From contig NW_026864914.1 of assembly GCF_026571515.1 (NCBI RefSeq), positions 248,001 to 312,000 on the forward strand: a stretch of DNA of 64,000 nucleotides. The letters are read 5' to 3'. This document shows, in pieces, positions 40,381 through 53,255 of this stretch (position 1 is the stretch's first letter; every line of letters begins with the position of its first letter). The stretch is from Ruditapes philippinarum. Lineage: Eukaryota. The notes beneath the pieces were generated by a model, which was given only the letters and a program-made list of their open reading frames with translations, was not told where the DNA came from and made no database searches. Made by a program: the position numbers and the translations under genes.

Positions 40381-42024
40381 ATGGCATATTCCTTAACCTG
40401 TATCATACACTGATATATGTTTAATTTTGAATTAAAATTATAGGCAATATAATTTTGAGTTAAAGGCATGTAATATTCAACCTTAACCTTAAATAAGAGT
40501 TTTATCATCTTAAATTTAAATATTTGACATTATTATCAAATTTCTTTATACAAATACAACACACATTCTAACCTCATATATAAATAAAACTTACTGTAAA
40601 TTTATGCACATTCTTAAATGCCTATGTTTTTCAAAACTATTAGGTGGGTTTTTGCAGTTAAAAATAGCATTATTACTATACTCAACAGTATAAAAGCATT
40701 ATAATATAGGGTGTTTTTTCTAGTCTATCATACACGTTTTTGCTATAGTTACATAGTTTCTTAATTTCATTAAGTATTGAAAATCGAAGCGATTAAAACG
40801 CACTGCTATGAGACACATTCACACTTTTGTTTAATTTAATCAAGTTGGGGTCGAAATCTGGCTCAATTAACAAAGTCAAAAAGAGGCCTTTTTGTATATT
40901 TTATTGTAAATTCAAAATTGCCTTTTATTGTTGTTGTTTTTCTTGATATTCTTACTCTGTGGCTAAATAAGTAAAGAATGTAAATCTTTCATTATTTTTG
41001 TTTTTGTTTTTCTCTTCTATTTATCTTAGAGGTTTTGGTATTTCAATACTTATGATTGTAATACATGTAATTACAATTGAGCATATTTTACATTTGTAAT
41101 TGACATTTTTTCTATCGAACCTTTAAGCATTTTAAAGATTACTTCTGATTTTTTAAATGAAAGAAGTTTCATTTTAATCTTATCATTTTATTGACGATTG
41201 CATCATTGTATTGCTAAATGCTTGTAAAACAAAATAAAAGTTAAAATAAATCTTATAGTTTAAATTAAACATATTTATTTCCAGGTACTTTTGATAAAAA
41301 AAGTGTGCACTTTGTGTTGGAATTATACAAGCTATGTAACTTTTGGAAGAAGAAATATTTGTCCGAGTAAAAATGTTTTTAATATTTGCTTAGTATATTT
41401 ACTTCACTACATTAAAACTGAAAATAAGTCTTAAGTGGCACATTTATGCCACAAGATTGCAACAAAAATTTACTTGTGTATGTTTATCTTAACTTGCCTA
41501 AAATATTTCTTAGGAAAATGACTGAAAATTCAGATTCTTATTTTTAAAGTAAAATTGATAAAGAGTGAAGAAATTTAAAGTAATTGGTCTCCTGCCTTGT
41601 TTATTATATGACTTTCTGTTTTTCCTTTTGTACTTATTTACTGGTACTCTTACATACTATTTTCCAATGAACAGTATGTAACGTTTTCTAATAGGTTATT
41701 TAATTTTATTAATTTTATTCACTGGACAATGTTTGATTACGCATTTTTTCAAGGTTATTATTAAATTTCAAAAAAAGAATGTGTAGTAAAAAATAGTATG
41801 TACTTTACTCTTCACTATTGTTTGCAAAAATCAATAATCATTAAGCTTAAACAAAGTCGTATCTGCCTAGGAAATTATTTTTGCTTTTGGATTTTTTTTT
41901 AATTTTATATAATAATTAGGATACATTTGATCTAGAATATTGCACCAAAAAAAAACTTGTTCCATAGGGTGTCCTATTGATACTAAAATGTAATATGTTA
42001 AAACCATAAAAAAATGTTACTAAA

Positions 42025-42250
42025 ATGAGCCGCGCCATAACAAAACCAACGTAATGCGTTTGCGATCAGCATGGATCCAGACCAGCCTGCACACCCGCGC
42101 AGTCTGATCAGGATCCATGATGTTCGCTATCAGTTCCTCCACTTGTTTTAGGGTTTGTAAGCGAACAGCATGGATACTGATAAGACTGCGTGGATTTGAT
42201 CCATGCTAGTCTCAAACGCATTATGTTGGTTTTGTCGTGACGCGGCTAAA
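42025..42250. mobile_element. Palindromic MITE, ~225 bp
   Basis: Long TIRs AGCCGCGCCATAACAAAACCAACGTAATGCGTTTG... / ...CAAACGCATTATGTTGGTTTTGTCGTGACGCGGCT; second copy at 21043. Confidence 0.9.
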
Positions 42251-43489
42251 ATTTGCTCTATTCCACCTGCTTTATTCCAGGTTTGTTGAATTCGCATCAT
42301 TGCTTTGCACCTTTATTTGCATTTTCTTGTTTCATGTAGAATCTGGAAAAAAAAGAAAAATAACATTTTTTTTCAAAAATGAACGGAAGAAAAACATTCC
42401 CATATTTATTTGAGTGTGGTTTACAGTTAATATAATGATCAGTGTTCAATACTATAATTCGTACAACAATTATTTCTCAGATTTAACATTTTGTTCTATT
42501 CTAAAACTTACATAATTATATAGAACATATGAAGAAAATATATAATGAAATATATTGAAAAAAAATGTTTAAAAAAAATAACTATTGACATAAAACAAAA
42601 TTTTAACACTTAAAATATTTCTGTCAAATATCATGATTTTAGTTATGACTTTCTGCTGTTTCCAATGCGTTTAAAACAGTTTGATTTCAATTATTATTAT
42701 ATCAACAAAGATAAATATTAATTTTGATTGGTAGTCAACATACAATTATAAATTATTATACTTTTATATTTTTCTTGTCTTATTTTTTTAACTCCGTATC
42801 ATATAATGTCTGAAATTTCAAATAATATTCTAATCATACGAATGCTGTGCAAATAAATTCACCTGCTTATTATAATAGTAAAATCACTTTTGTTATTTAC
42901 TTGAAAATATTTCTTAAGTTTCAGAAGTCACATAGTTTCAAGTTCAGGGCCAAACTAAATCACGTTTGAAGGCGTATGCTACATTAACATATAGGCAACA
43001 TGAAAACTTTATAGTAGAATTTATTCAAACTTTGCATGAACTTACTCAATATAGAAAATAAAAACAGAATCATTTTAAATCAAGCCATGCGAATGTTGTG
43101 TCACTGAGCTCGTGTTTAAATTATTTGACTATGACTTGGATTTGTTTAAACTGTAGTCATTTCAAGAGCAAACAACTTATAAATAAACCTTTAGTTGTTT
43201 TTCAATTGGTTTATTCTTTTTATCTATTCTTGGTTGCAATGCAAAATTTAATGAAATTCTTTTCAACATTTGTATTTCTCAATAAAAAAAAGAAATTAAC
43301 TTATTTAAAACTAAGTCATTTTTTTAAAGAAAATGGTATCTTGAAGCGAAAAATATGAACAAGCTGAAAAATAGTTGAAGAAATAAACTTGAGTCATGTA
43401 CCATCGCTTTGCTAATTTTGTAAAGAAACATTAATAATTTATCGACTAGTACCTATTTAAACTAGTTACACTGATAAATATCTATAACT

Positions 43490-43912
43490 TTTTGTTTTGT
43501 TTTATTTCACAGATATCGATCGAAAGAGCTATCAGCAACCGCCCTATTGGAGATTGTGTCTACCATGTATAGACCCATACTAGGTAGAAGAAAGGCAGAA
43601 GAAGACAAGTGAATTGGTGTTTGCATGTGACGAACATTGTAGAACTTATGAACAGTAAACTATGCGTGTGTTGCTTGTTTGTTATTATTGATATTTTTTA
43701 CATAAAAATAAATAATAAAAGATATCAACGTTAAACTTTGTTTTTCTGTTATTTGTTGTTAATTTTTATTTTCTTTCTTGATAAGTGTTTATATTTTAAA
43801 GCAAAATAAATAATAAAAAATGAGGCCGGGTTGACTAGAAATAACATTGGTTTGGGGCCGGGAATGACCAATTTCGGGCCGGTTTGACTTAGGGCCGGGT
43901 TGACTTGTTCCC
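43490..43912 (+). mobile_element. 3' end of a Mutator/MULE-like DNA transposon (terminal transposase exon + subterminal repeats)
   Basis: Strong acceptor tttatttcacag|A, then YRSKELSATALLEIVSTMYRPILGRRKAEEDK* (43513-43612) and AATAAA at ~43708. Four GGCCGG(G/T)NTGAC repeats follow, ending in TGACTTGTTCCC. Family call is from remembered resemblance to invertebrate MULE termini, not a search. Confidence 0.55.
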
Positions 43913-44200
43913 GCTGTTTTGACCAATTCTAGATATTTAGCAAAATCACTCGTATGAAAGTCAACAACATGATAAGCATAAAAAGTTACCATCTGTTACT
44001 TATCTGTAATTCAAACGAGCAAATTTTTCATATACTAGAACAGGTAATTCGAAAACATGGTGACCCCTCCACTCCGACTATCTCGCTTAAATGTTTCTGA
44101 TGTCACATATATTCTAAGATTTCAAAATTTATACAAATTATATTGAACAATTTTCATTCTTAGTCACCTATATATTATTGTAGCATACGCATTTGGTTTA

Positions 44201-44450
44201 TTTTGATTGATTGAGTTTTAATTCACACCGACACAGCGTCAGTCATGTGGCGACGTTTTACTGGTGGTGGACGACATCAGGTGCCCCCGCGTGCATTATT
44301 TCAGGCACGAACGGGCACCTGAGTAGAACCAACGACGTTCCGTAAGCTAGCTGGATAGCTTCCTTACATGAAAGAATCCAAAGTCCCTGTCGGGATTCGA
44401 ACCCACAGCAGCGTACGATGGGGGGCTAGTGGTTTGAAGTCAACGATTTT
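44201..44450 (-). mobile_element. Major tRNA-derived SINE
   Basis: B box GGTTCGAATCC on the minus strand and the conserved body AAGCTATCCAGCTAGCTTACGGAACGTC shared with other copies. Confidence 0.92.
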
Positions 44451-45375
44451 ATGGAATAAAAATAAAAACATCATAAAATGGATTCATTACAACATATTTC
44501 ACAAATAGGTTAATGACTGAATTAAATTTTAGAAAAGGATTGATAAAGCCTACGGAAGAGTAATTCATATATTAAATATACGATAAGTATGTCAAATTAA
44601 TCAAGACAATCAGTTTTGAAAATGCATTTTTTTTGCGAAGGTAGGGGGGGAGGGTTGATGTATTAAGGTTTGGGTTCTGTCGTACCCTTCATTGATCTTT
44701 CTCCTTGATTCGCACATGGCATGTAACAAAAGATTATTTCATTGCATGTGATAATTCCCTCTTCGTAAAGCGACGAAGTTATATATCTTTTGCCTCACAT
44801 ACCTTCAAAATTTCGATTTTAAGCAATTTTTGGGGGTGTTTTTTTTCTATTGACAAAAGAACATGATCAGCAACTCAAGTATGATACTGCACGCTTGGCA
44901 CGACGATGTTTATATAAATATACAGAGGATATTCAAGTTTTTTTTTCTATAAATACAGGATTTATTTTCATTGAGTGGTATGAAATATGATAATTTTCTA
45001 AGACAACAGTGAAAATACGGGAAAAGAACTTGTATAACTTTTTAGATATTCATATAGTTCTCATCAAGTATTATCAATTCCTTTCTATGCCATGCTACAA
45101 GCAGTAAGGCGACAACAATTGAAATAAGGGTTTATCCTTTTTGTAATATCCCTGGTGTTGTTGTGCATATCATGATTTTTGTGCTCATGTTTGTGTTATA
45201 TTATGTCTCATTTCATGTGTTTTACTACCATGTATGTAAAATTAATCTTGTCTTGTTATCCCTTACTTTATCTTAAAAATTTACTCTTTATATAAAATCA
45301 AATCTCTTAAAATACTTTGCGTGATACAAGAAATACTACAAGAAATACTGGTAAAGCTTTGTCCACTGTCGGGTA

Positions 45376-46011
45376 CGTGAAACGGTGCAGATTTTCCGTG
45401 ATACGGTTCTTCCAAGAAAGTACGTGTTATTTTATTTCTATGTATTTAGACAAATCCGTTTTATATTGTAAAAGAAGAATATTTGCATGAAACGTAAAAA
45501 TAAATTCACTATAAGATCAATATAGTCACAATGTATGTAACATACGATATATATGATTTTTTTACACCTAGCAACAGTTGCGGAAAGTCCGCGCCGTTGC
45601 TTAGTGTCTGCACCGTTGTCAAGACGAAACAGAAAGTAGACAAATTTCGACAAAACAAATTGACAGAATAAATGTTTTAATTGCACAGATGATTTTATAT
45701 TTTTACTGTAATAAACAAAAGTATTCACTTCAATGTAAGTGTTTCTTGTACGGAGATTGACTCAAAAATTTACCAATTCTCTCGGTTCAAATTTCATGTA
45801 CATTTATTTACAAAAGTTTTTTGTAAAAAATCATACATACATTGTGAACTTATTGATCTTACAGTGAATTTATTTCTAGTTACATGCAAATATTCTTCTT
45901 TTACAATAAAAAAACGGATTTGTCTAAAAACATAGAAAATTAAATGACACGTACCTTTTAGTTGTTTACCGATGGAAGCACCGTATCACGGAAAATCTGC
46001 ACCGTTTCACG
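45376..46011. mobile_element. MITE with ~165-bp imperfect TIRs and TA flanks (Tc1/mariner-like target site)
   Basis: TA|CGTGAAACGGTGCAGATTTTCCGTGATACGGT ... ACCGTATCACGGAAAATCTGCACCGTTTCACG|TA; arms ~45376-45540 and ~45835-46011. Confidence 0.9.
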
Positions 46012-46467
46012 TAAATATTTAATGGATCAAAATCAAAGCTTATAGACTTTATAATACACAATTCAAAATACTAAAGAAATGTATTGGACAGGAGTCTTTC
46101 CGGTATGAATTAATAATTACACACCTGACAGATTATCATTTGTTACGGTTGCGTGCACCCTTACCTTCATATCCATACGTACATACTCTGACGGTCAAGC
46201 GGGAGGTCGCCAGTTCAAATCTTAGCCATCTTTACTGATGCATTTGCACCTTTCTGTTTTCTGTACGACAGGAGCTCATCCAAATCGCCTGGCTCCTGAA
46301 ATCTGTTACAAACCGAAATGGTTGGGGTTTTTTTTAAGGAAATGATTGATAAATGATATGGTGCCTGACTTGAAAGAAATAATTCCATCATCATCTGAAG
46401 GAGGTGCGTGTTACAGTTAAGTGCACAACTAACTTCGTAACCATAAGTGCAATCTTTGACCACTGCC

Positions 46468-46645
46468 GGGGCGTCCGTGGCTGAGTGGTTAAGACCGTTG
46501 ACTTCAAACCACTTGCCCCTCACCGCTGTAGGTTCTAATCCCGACGGGGACTTTGGATTCTTTCATGTGAGGAAGCTATCCAGCTAACTTACGGAACGTC
46601 GGAGGTTATACTCAGGTGCCCGTTCTTGCCTGAACAAATGCACGG
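46468..46645 (+). mobile_element. Major tRNA-derived SINE, 3'-truncated at the inverted repeat
   Basis: A box TGGCTGAGTGG, B box GGTTCTAATCC, conserved body. Confidence 0.92.
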
Positions 46646-47448
46646 TGCTTGAAGTAATGCAAAAAGTGTCATCTGAGGTCCCCCCACCCCTCTTGAAAAG
46701 CTATGACGTTTGACGTTAAATCTTACTAGTAACGATTAAATTATTTGGAGAAGTCAAAACTACTCATTTAACGTTTTTATAGAAATAAAAATGTCCATTA
46801 CACTGTTTAAATTAATACATATTTATAATGTCAAATAATCAATATTTCGGCGCAGTGGTCAAGAACGATGTAACTTTTTATTGTAACCTGAGTGTAGCGA
46901 GTTGGAACCCAGCCACGACAGAATCTTTTCTTAATGTATTTCTTTTGCGAACGAAAAAATTCGTAAATTTCATTTGAATCCCACATTAGATTGTCAGCGT
47001 AATTTGTTAATAAAATGATAACAAAATAAAAGTCATCAAAACAATACAATACAATCAACCAGATTATAAATAATATTTTATAATTCATCCGAGATGTTAG
47101 CAACATACGACGGCTTTCCATTTTATTTCATCTATAACGTTCACGGACAAGGTTAGATTACACACCTCTTTTTAAAAAATAAAACACTAGACAAAAATCA
47201 ATGCTTCATTCTATACACATTTAGTTTAACAAATTATAAAAAGGATAAAAAGTCATTATTTGACATTATAAATATGTATTAATTTAAACAGTGTAATGGA
47301 CATTTTTATTTCTATAAAAACGTTAAATGAGTAGTTTTGACTTCTCCAAATAATTTAATCGTTACTAGTAAGATTTAACGTCAAACGTCATAGCTTTTCA
47401 AGAGGGGTGGGGGGACCTCAGATGACACTTTTTGCATTACTTCAAGCA
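46646..47448. repeat. Apparently perfect 194-bp inverted repeat (46646-46839 / 47255-47448) with 415-bp spacer
   Basis: No mismatch found by eye; no TSD. Confidence 0.95.
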
Positions 47449-47707
47449 TAATCTGTGGATGCTGGCGCGGCTCGAGCCTACAAAGGTTAAACGCAAGGAG
47501 TCCAAATAATGTTAGAATATCTAAATGTCGTCTATAATTTGAATACACGATTTTGTTTAACCACAAACTTTTACGCACAAAATGATGTCATTAAGATAAT
47601 TCGTGTCCTATTGAAATAAGATATTATATATTTTTCGCGTAGAGCAAGGCTTTAGCTACTTATCCGGGAATATATGCAAGAATAGCTTAAAAACATAAAA
47701 GAAACAC

Positions 47708-48170
47708 TATGGTGGCTGATTTGTGTCATTCGTGTTTTCGCTCCGCGGCCCCGCCAAGCAAAAAGTCAAGAATTAACAAGTTAAAATGGCAGGGTCACGG
47801 GACGAAAACACGCTAATTAGTTTGGGTCCGGGACGAAGTTTAATAAATAAAACTTCGCCGCGCGCCACCCCTAAAAAGCGTGTTTTCGTTCCGCGACTCC
47901 GCCAAGCGAACAATCGATAGTTAACAAGGTAAATTGGCTAGGACGTGGAGCGCCCCGCCGTTTTATTTCTTAAATCTCACCCTGCGGCCTCGCTAATTAG
48001 CGTGTTTTCGCTCCGCGCCCCGCCGTTTTATTTCTTAAATCTCGCCCTGCGGCCTCGCTAATTAGCGTGTTTTCGCTCCGCGCCCCCGCCATTTTAACTT
48101 GTTATTTCTCGAAATTTCGCTTGGCGGGGTCGCGGGGCGAAAACACGAATGGCACAAATCAGCCGCCACA
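47708..48170. mobile_element. GC/CpG-rich MITE with ~110-bp TIRs and internal tandem repeats
   Basis: TGGTGGCTGATTTGTGTCATTCGTGTTTTCG / CGAAAACACGAATGGCACAAATCAGCCGCCA; the CGTGTTTTCGCTCCGCG motif is repeated; ~65-bp tandem duplication at ~47950-48085. Confidence 0.9.
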
Positions 48171-49035
48171 AAAATAGCTTAAATGTATAAATCAGTTTTT
48201 TATTAGAATTTCAATATGTTCCATTCATAAAAAAAATAAATCATTAAAAATATATCAGTGTAGTGCAGTGTCCGTTATAAAGGAAATCAACTTTCCTATT
48301 TATCTTTTCATAAGCCTAGTGAAAACGTACACAGAGGACAGTGGACTTAAGCAATAAAAAGTTAAAATTAAATAAGAGAAAATAAATAATTCATAAAATT
48401 ACTTGACAGTGTACGCTGCTCATCAAACATTGTCACTTTGTTCACATCATCACTGCGGTGATTCTGTCTTCACTGCTTTATATGCTGAAATAAAAGTAAT
48501 GAAGCCTGTATAATTTCTGTTAAACATGAGTACCTGTATTTAATATAACTGAATGAAACTGGACTCACGGATTTCTCTATTATATTAGAAGACAAGCATA
48601 TACAGAATATTGGTATACAACCTCAAAATTACTTGCTAAAGGGGTAAGAAACCTTCGTCAATGCAACTTTCCATCGTACAAGTGAACGTGTGTTATACCG
48701 TAAAAAAATTAAAAAAGATTACTTATTTCAGCATTCTGATTTTATTTGTTTCATATATGAGCCGTTTATCTGTCCGCTTAGCTGAAAAGGGAAGCCATTT
48801 GATTTGTAATCCACTTCTAGGGGTTGTTGATTCGATCCTCGGGCGAAGCGAAATTTCTCTGCGACAATTGATCTCGGACACCGAGTCTTATAATCGTTTG
48901 TTTTTGTTTCTGTTCTAAATTTGTAACAAATCGCTTTGTCATATTATCTCGACAGTCGATCAATCTTCCTGTAAAACTAATCAGAAATTATCAATTACTT
49001 CGCAAGTGACCGGCTTCTAGTCACACATGATAAAA

Positions 49036-49272
49036 GGAGCTTCCGTGACCGGCGCCTTTTACTGCTGTGGGTTCGAATCCCGTCAGACTTTGAATTATTT
49101 CATGTGATTAAGCTATCCAGCTATCTTACGAAAGAACCGTGGTTCAACTAAAGTGCCGGCTCGTGCCTGAAGTAATGCACAAAGGGCTATCTGAGGTCTT
49201 CTTCCTCCAGTAAAGCCAGAAAGTCGCTGTATGATATTCATGGTGTCGGTTCGACTCGAAAATCCAAAAAAA
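49036..49272 (+). mobile_element. Major tRNA-derived SINE (diverged, internally deleted head)
   Basis: GGGTTCGAATCCCG B box, conserved body, A-rich tail. Confidence 0.88.
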
Positions 49273-50437
49273 TACACAATTTTTGAATAAGATGTTAGAC
49301 AATTAGACTAAATGTCCGAAATCAAATGTCCCGCAAAAATTTCGCCTTGCCGGGGATTAGAACCAGCGGCACTGCGTTTGATTATAAAACTAAAACATAT
49401 TTACTATGCAAAAAAAAAAGAAATAAACTTGTGACATTATTTTATCCTTCAAGTATTGAAACAGAAACAAACAAAATGCAATCATGTTATTTACTTAATT
49501 TTCAATGTAACGTTATTTTTGTCTGTATAGCAATTAGTAGTGAGGTGAACGTTATTCAGGCAGGTAATTGAAACGATTAATGTTATCATAGAATGTTATC
49601 CAGATTATGTAAGTCTACCATGATTTCTTTCATTTTTATCAATACATTTTATTATATTTTATGTCGCAAAGGCTTTATGAAATTCACAGAATAAAACCAC
49701 CGTTTTCAGACAAATTTGAAAGGAGTAAATCAGAATGAAGCGAGATATTTATTTTTTCAAAGAAGATTGATAATAAATACCTTGAAAATATTATCAACAT
49801 TTTATCTTCACATAAAACAATGGCAAAGGTCTTTTATCCTCACTTCATGTCTTCCAGAAACTGCCCTCTTTTTAAACAATGGCTATTAATTATTTTAATA
49901 TATTCTTTTTAAATCCTTTAAGAAACGTAAATATTTTGGCGTGAGGACAAAAAAAATATACTTTTGGCAAATGGTTGAACAGGGTTCTTTCTTTAGTTTT
50001 TTTCTGGTTTTAATTCCTCTTATTTGTTCCTTATCTTTATATTTAATCCAAATAAAATATTTACTTATCGTACCGGAAGTAGACGCCAAAGACATTTTAA
50101 GTACAAAATGTCTAAGTAAACGGAATTTTACATAATGAAAAGAAAGAAGTAAGATTTACGAAATGCCATTTTGAAATCGTTCTCAAATTAATCTTCAAAC
50201 AATCAATGAAATCTAAACATATTTTTAACGATTTTAATATGTTATCGATTTTGATTTTTATTTTAAAAAAATGTATGGTCTTACCTCTATACTGTGGCTG
50301 GTTGTTCTAAAGTGTCTTCGTTTTCTATCTGAGTCATAGGTAATAAAATAAGAGTTTACATATACATATATGGTGAATATTGTCCTACATTCATATCATA
50401 ATTAGCAGATAAAAGCCTGATGTCCAAATAGATTGTG

Positions 50438-50640
50438 TGGTTTAGCTCAATAAGAACAGCATTGGACTGTTAATCCGGCGATTCAGGTTCGAATTCCATT
50501 CAGGTTCGAATTCCGGACGGTGAAAACTGTTTTACAACATGCCCAGGAACTATGCGGTGGTTGAACTGTGCTCTGGTTAATTAAAGGTGGCCTACTGCCT
50601 TGATCCGGAGTGACAACTACCAACACCAACACCATCATCT
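50438..50640 (+). mobile_element. tRNA-like SINE head/pseudo-tRNA with duplicated B box
   Basis: TAGCTCAA A-box remnant, GGACTGTTAATCC anticodon-like arm, ATTCAGGTTCGAATTCC duplicated in tandem. Confidence 0.5.
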
Positions 50641-50692
50641 AATGTTTAGGATTTTTTGTGTTTTGTTATTGTCGTTGTTTACTATTTGAGAC

Positions 50693-52711
50693 ACAAGAGC
50701 TGTCACGCAAGTGAAGTATGCCCTCGAAAAGGGCTAAGCATGCAGGTATCATGAAAAGAAAAGGGAATGAAAGTAACTAATTGCTTAATATTGTTTTTGT
50801 AAAATGAAGTTCGATTTATAGCAAACTTAATACCTTGGGACATAGGTCTTACATTCAACAGGTCATCTTGATGTGGTAGACATTTAGGCCTAGTAATTTT
50901 AAAATCCTTCGATGCATGACAAAGTTACAGTCCGGACACGAATGTGTGTACATATAATCTCTTATTGTGATAGCATGAACCTTCAAAATATAAGTGTGAC
51001 CTTGACCTTTGTAGAAGGGACGTGGATTTTGTACGCGACACCACGTTGTCATGTGATAGACATTTGTGCAAAGTTATTTCAAAATCACTCAATGCATCAC
51101 AAAGTTATAGTCTGGACATGATTGTTGTGCAAGTATGGACGGACAGGAGCTTTAGCCGCGACACAACATCTTGATGTGGTAGACATTTGTGCCAAGTTAT
51201 TTTAAAATCCGTCCATGCATGACAAAGTTACAGTCCGGATATGAATGTGTATCGTTCAAGCTTAAAGTGTGACCTTGACCTTGAAGGTAGGGACATGGGT
51301 CTTGGACGCGACATATCGTCTTGATGTGGTAGACATTTTTTTATTTACTTTAAATCCTTCGATGCATGACAAAGTTACAGTCAGGCCACGAAAGTGTGTA
51401 CCCAATCAATACATGTACCACAACTCTAATTGCGATAAAGTGAACTTCAAAATTAACCTTTGAGGAAGGGACGTAATTCTTGGATGCGACATATCGTAAA
51501 GTTATTCTAAAATCCTTCGATGCATGACAAAGGTTCAGTCAGGACACAAATGTGAATACCTATACACTCTTATTCACGCCCGGAAAACTGTCGCTCCACT
51601 TCAAAATTGTGGTGTACAACGGCATTTCCGAAGTAGAGCAGAAGGCCGATTTAAACAGCTAATAGTAAGTATTTGTTTGTGTTTTGTCTTGTTATTCATT
51701 TAAGATGTATTTTTTCGAAAAAAGGGAAATGTAGTTCCGTGTAGAATTGTTTTAGGCTTCCAATGATCTAAGCCGTTACAAAAAATATATATATTAAACC
51801 CGGGAGAACTTTTTCCCTGATATAAGGAAAATCAATGACCCCCGGGGCGGGGGCCAGTTTTGACCCCAGGGCATTCATTTGAACAAACTAGGTAAACACT
51901 GACTAGATGATGTTTCATGCCAAATATTTAAGCTCTAGCTCTTTCGGTTTTCTAAAAGAAGATATTTTAAGTTTTTTCTTTCGGTTGCCATGGCAACCAG
52001 AGTTCTGCTTAGAACTAAATTCTTTGAACAATTTTTAAAGTTGACTACCAAAGGAATATTCCTGTGAAGTTTGGATGGAATTGGCTGAGCGGTTTATGAG
52101 GAGATGTCGTTTAAATTAAAAGTTTACGGACGGACGACGGACGGGCGGGCGGACAGACGAACGCCGGACGAAAAGCGATCACAAAAGCTCACCCTGTCAC
52201 TTTGTGACAGGTGAGCTAAAAATCGTGCGAATGCCTGACAAAGTTATAGCCCGGACACGATTGTGTGTACCTATTAACTCTAATTGTGATAATGTGAAAC
52301 TTCAAAATGTTTATGTGACCTTGACCTTCGAGGTAGGGATGTAATTCTTGGACGCGACACATCGTCTTGATGTGGAAGACATTTATGCCTAGTTATTTAA
52401 AAAAATCGATGAATGACAAAGCTACAGTCCGGACACGAATGTGTGTACATATTAACTCTTATTGTGATTATGTGAAACTTCAAAATGTGGCATTGACCTT
52501 TGAGATAGGGACGTGGTCTTGGCCACGATACATCGTCTTGATGTGGTAGACATTTGTGCCAAGTTATTTCAAAATCCCTAGATGTATGACAAAGTTACAG
52601 TCCGGACACGAATGAAGTGGGGACGCACACATAGACAGACATACAAACCGACGGACGGACGGACAGACAGACGGTGCAATTTTAATATGCCACCCTTCGG
52701 AGGCATAAAAA
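50693..52711 (+). mobile_element. Helentron-associated non-autonomous element (HINE-like) carrying a ~150-160-bp tandem core repeat
   Basis: Starts ACAAGAGCTGTCAC. Repeated core CATCGTCTTGATGTGGTAGACATTTGTGCCAAGTTATTT...GACAAAGTTACAGTCCGGACACGAA...GTGACCTTGACCTT. Ends in a (GACG/GACA)n microsatellite, a 3' hairpin ATGCC...GGCAT and an A-run. Confidence 0.85.
51820..52222 (+). mobile_element. 3' part of a second HINE-like element nested in the first
   Basis: TGACCCCCGGGGCGGGGGCCAGTTTTGACCCCAGGG core, (GGAC)n microsatellite, terminal hairpin AGCTCACCCTGTCAC-TTT-GTGACAGGTGAGCT + AAAAA. Confidence 0.8.
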
Positions 52712-53255
52712 TAATTTCTATACTATCCGCCCTGTAAGTTTAGCAAAATGTCAACGACGTACCAAAGTAAATGTAAATTCCAAACCAGTCTAACAAAACA
52801 AACAATGAAGACGTAACAATGTGACTTCTGGAGAAAGTACACGGCGACGAATTCTGAAAAAAACCTCGATTCTGTTAGATATTTCGTTATGCTCTTTTTA
52901 ATACTGAATAGAGTTTCGTGAAATAAATACATAAGCTCCTAAATAAATTGAAAGCTCTCACTTCAACTGTAATCGACTATGTTTGAGGTTCACTGTAATG
53001 TTTCAGATCTGACAGTTTTTAATCCGTATACTTTTGTAAACAATTTTCATCAACTGAATCAGTTGGGAAAATACGAATAGTATTAATCATACAACGAGGG
53101 AGACAAAACATTGGTAGCAATCGAAGAAATTGCTTCTTTCGTAAAGCACTTCTTTATGTAAATCCATGAAATACTAAAAAGATATTCACCGAAAACGCAC
53201 TGAATGAATGCGTTTTGTCCAAGTCAGGCATTTTCAACACCCTGCATTAAGAAGA

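Noticed and set aside
29214-48484. Selenoprotein built from exon candidates that each contain one in-frame TGA
   Set aside because: Exon phases do not join into one frame, TAG/TAA stops intervene, and no SECIS or redox motif is seen
50438-50520. tRNA-Asn(GTT) gene
   Set aside because: Acceptor stem and D-arm do not pair and the T-arm is tandemly duplicated; it is a SINE head or pseudogene. The other tRNA-like heads (46848, 48780, 54440) are likewise degenerate.
53000-53060. Intronic C/D-box snoRNA on the minus strand (TGATGA...CTGA)
   Set aside because: Too short, non-consensus C box, no terminal stem outside the boxes and no recognisable rRNA guide
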